Below are positions 63,418-64,000 of a stretch of 64,000 bases of DNA, in pieces (within the stretch, counting starts at the first letter, position 1; the number at the start of each line of letters is the position of its first letter). Position numbers and translations under genes: made by a program. The DNA lies in the NCBI GenBank assembly GCA_938005615.1, contig CALLMV010000005.1, positions 8,323 to 72,322 on the forward strand. Reading direction: 5' to 3'. Below the pieces are notes generated by a model. It had not been told where the DNA came from, did not search any database, and saw only the letters and a program-made list of their open reading frames with translations. This DNA is from an uncultured Verrucomicrobiae bacterium (GTDB lineage Bacteria > Verrucomicrobiota > Verrucomicrobiia > JADLBR01 > CALLMV01).

Positions 63418-63990
63418 CTATAACATACGCAGCGCAGCGCGGATGAGTTCTTCCAAAGTCACCTCTGGGTTTGCTCTTTGTGCTGCGCGCACCGCTGTTA
63501 AAGCATCAGATTGCTTGTATCCAAGTGCTATCAATGCTAGCACCGCATCATTCGCGATTGAATCCGCAGTACTAGAGCACGGTTTTGCTGATGCTTCCCA
63601 AACTGCGGATACACCGATCTTATCCCGAAGCTCTAAGATAATTTTTTCGGCTGTTTTCCTCCCAAGCCCCTTGATCTTTGAGAGCGCGGCTGAATCGTTA
63701 TTCACAACACACTCACGGAAATGAGGGATCGTCGCACCCGATAGGATCGCCAGAGCAAGCTTGGGTCCCACCCCACTTACGTGATTGATCAATAACCGAA
63801 ACAAATCCCGCTCATCCTTCGTCGCAAAGCCATAAAGAGTGTGTGCATCTTCACGTACCACAAGCTGCGTGAGTAGCCTGACCCGTGCAGGCGGTTGCGG
63901 TAGTCGATCGTGTGTGGAAAGTGGTATCAGCACCTCGTAACCCACGCCCCCCACTTCCATTTCCACCATCGTCGGTAAGAGGCTTAACAA
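63418..63990 (-). CDS. ruvA: Holliday junction branch-migration complex subunit RuvA (N-terminus may run past the window edge)
   Basis: VGGVGYEVLIP, HhH motifs LINHVSGVGPKLALAIL, C-terminal domain III. Confidence 0.85.
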   Translation of the reverse strand: MLSLLPTMVEMEVGGVGYEVLIPLSTHDRLPQPPARVRLLTQLVVREDAHTLYGFATKDERDLFRLLINHVSGVGPKLALAILSGATIPHFRECVVNNDSAALSKIKGLGRKTAEKIILELRDKIGVSAVWEASAKPCSSTADSIANDAVLALIALGYKQSDALTAVRAAQRANPEVTLEELIRAALRML

Positions 63991-64000
63991 ATTACCTTCA

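Overview
This 64-kb window looks like a contiguous chromosomal core region of a PVC-superphylum bacterium, most likely Verrucomicrobia-like. GC is about 50%, Shine-Dalgarno signals are weak, there is a Chlamydia-style long GreA, and there are several kinase-like proteins. No transposase, integrase, CRISPR array or rRNA is visible. Recognisable genes in order: a sugar-phosphate isomerase, ribH, an OMP, long-form greA, ligA, yhbY and mscL. Next comes an opgG–(small ORF)–opgH glucan cluster, followed by aroK, a PhoU-like gene, lrp, a DEAD-box helicase and mtgA. After that sit an unusual receiver–pseudokinase–FGE-domain membrane protein, trpB, pilC/gspF, eno, a fused homocysteine-methyltransferase/MTHFR, and a PpnN-like LOG protein. 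A complete mrpABCDEFG Na+/H+ antiporter operon (29.5–35.4 kb) follows, then ilvC and rpmH-rpsB-tsf. The next stretch has a thioredoxin-fold protein with a clean terminator, comB-like, an AAA+ ATPase, a Lon-N domain protein, lgt and rplU-rpmA. The most system-like block is a tightly overlapping aldolase / two ABC-2 permeases / DUF58 / BatA-like vWA cluster with no MoxR ATPase (44.2–50.0 kb). The window ends with hppA, an M23 peptidase, tRNA-Leu(GAG), mpl, a small-ORF/hypothetical/orphan ABC-ATPase triplet, MFS, tolQRAB-pal and ruvA. Secondary oddities are the dead-signalling receiver(Glu)–pseudokinase–FGE protein, a gene relic plus paired palindromes in the yhbY–mscL spacer, and a 37-bp duplication across the rpsB stop. 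All functional calls rest on motif-level recognition in the supplied translations; no database searches were run.
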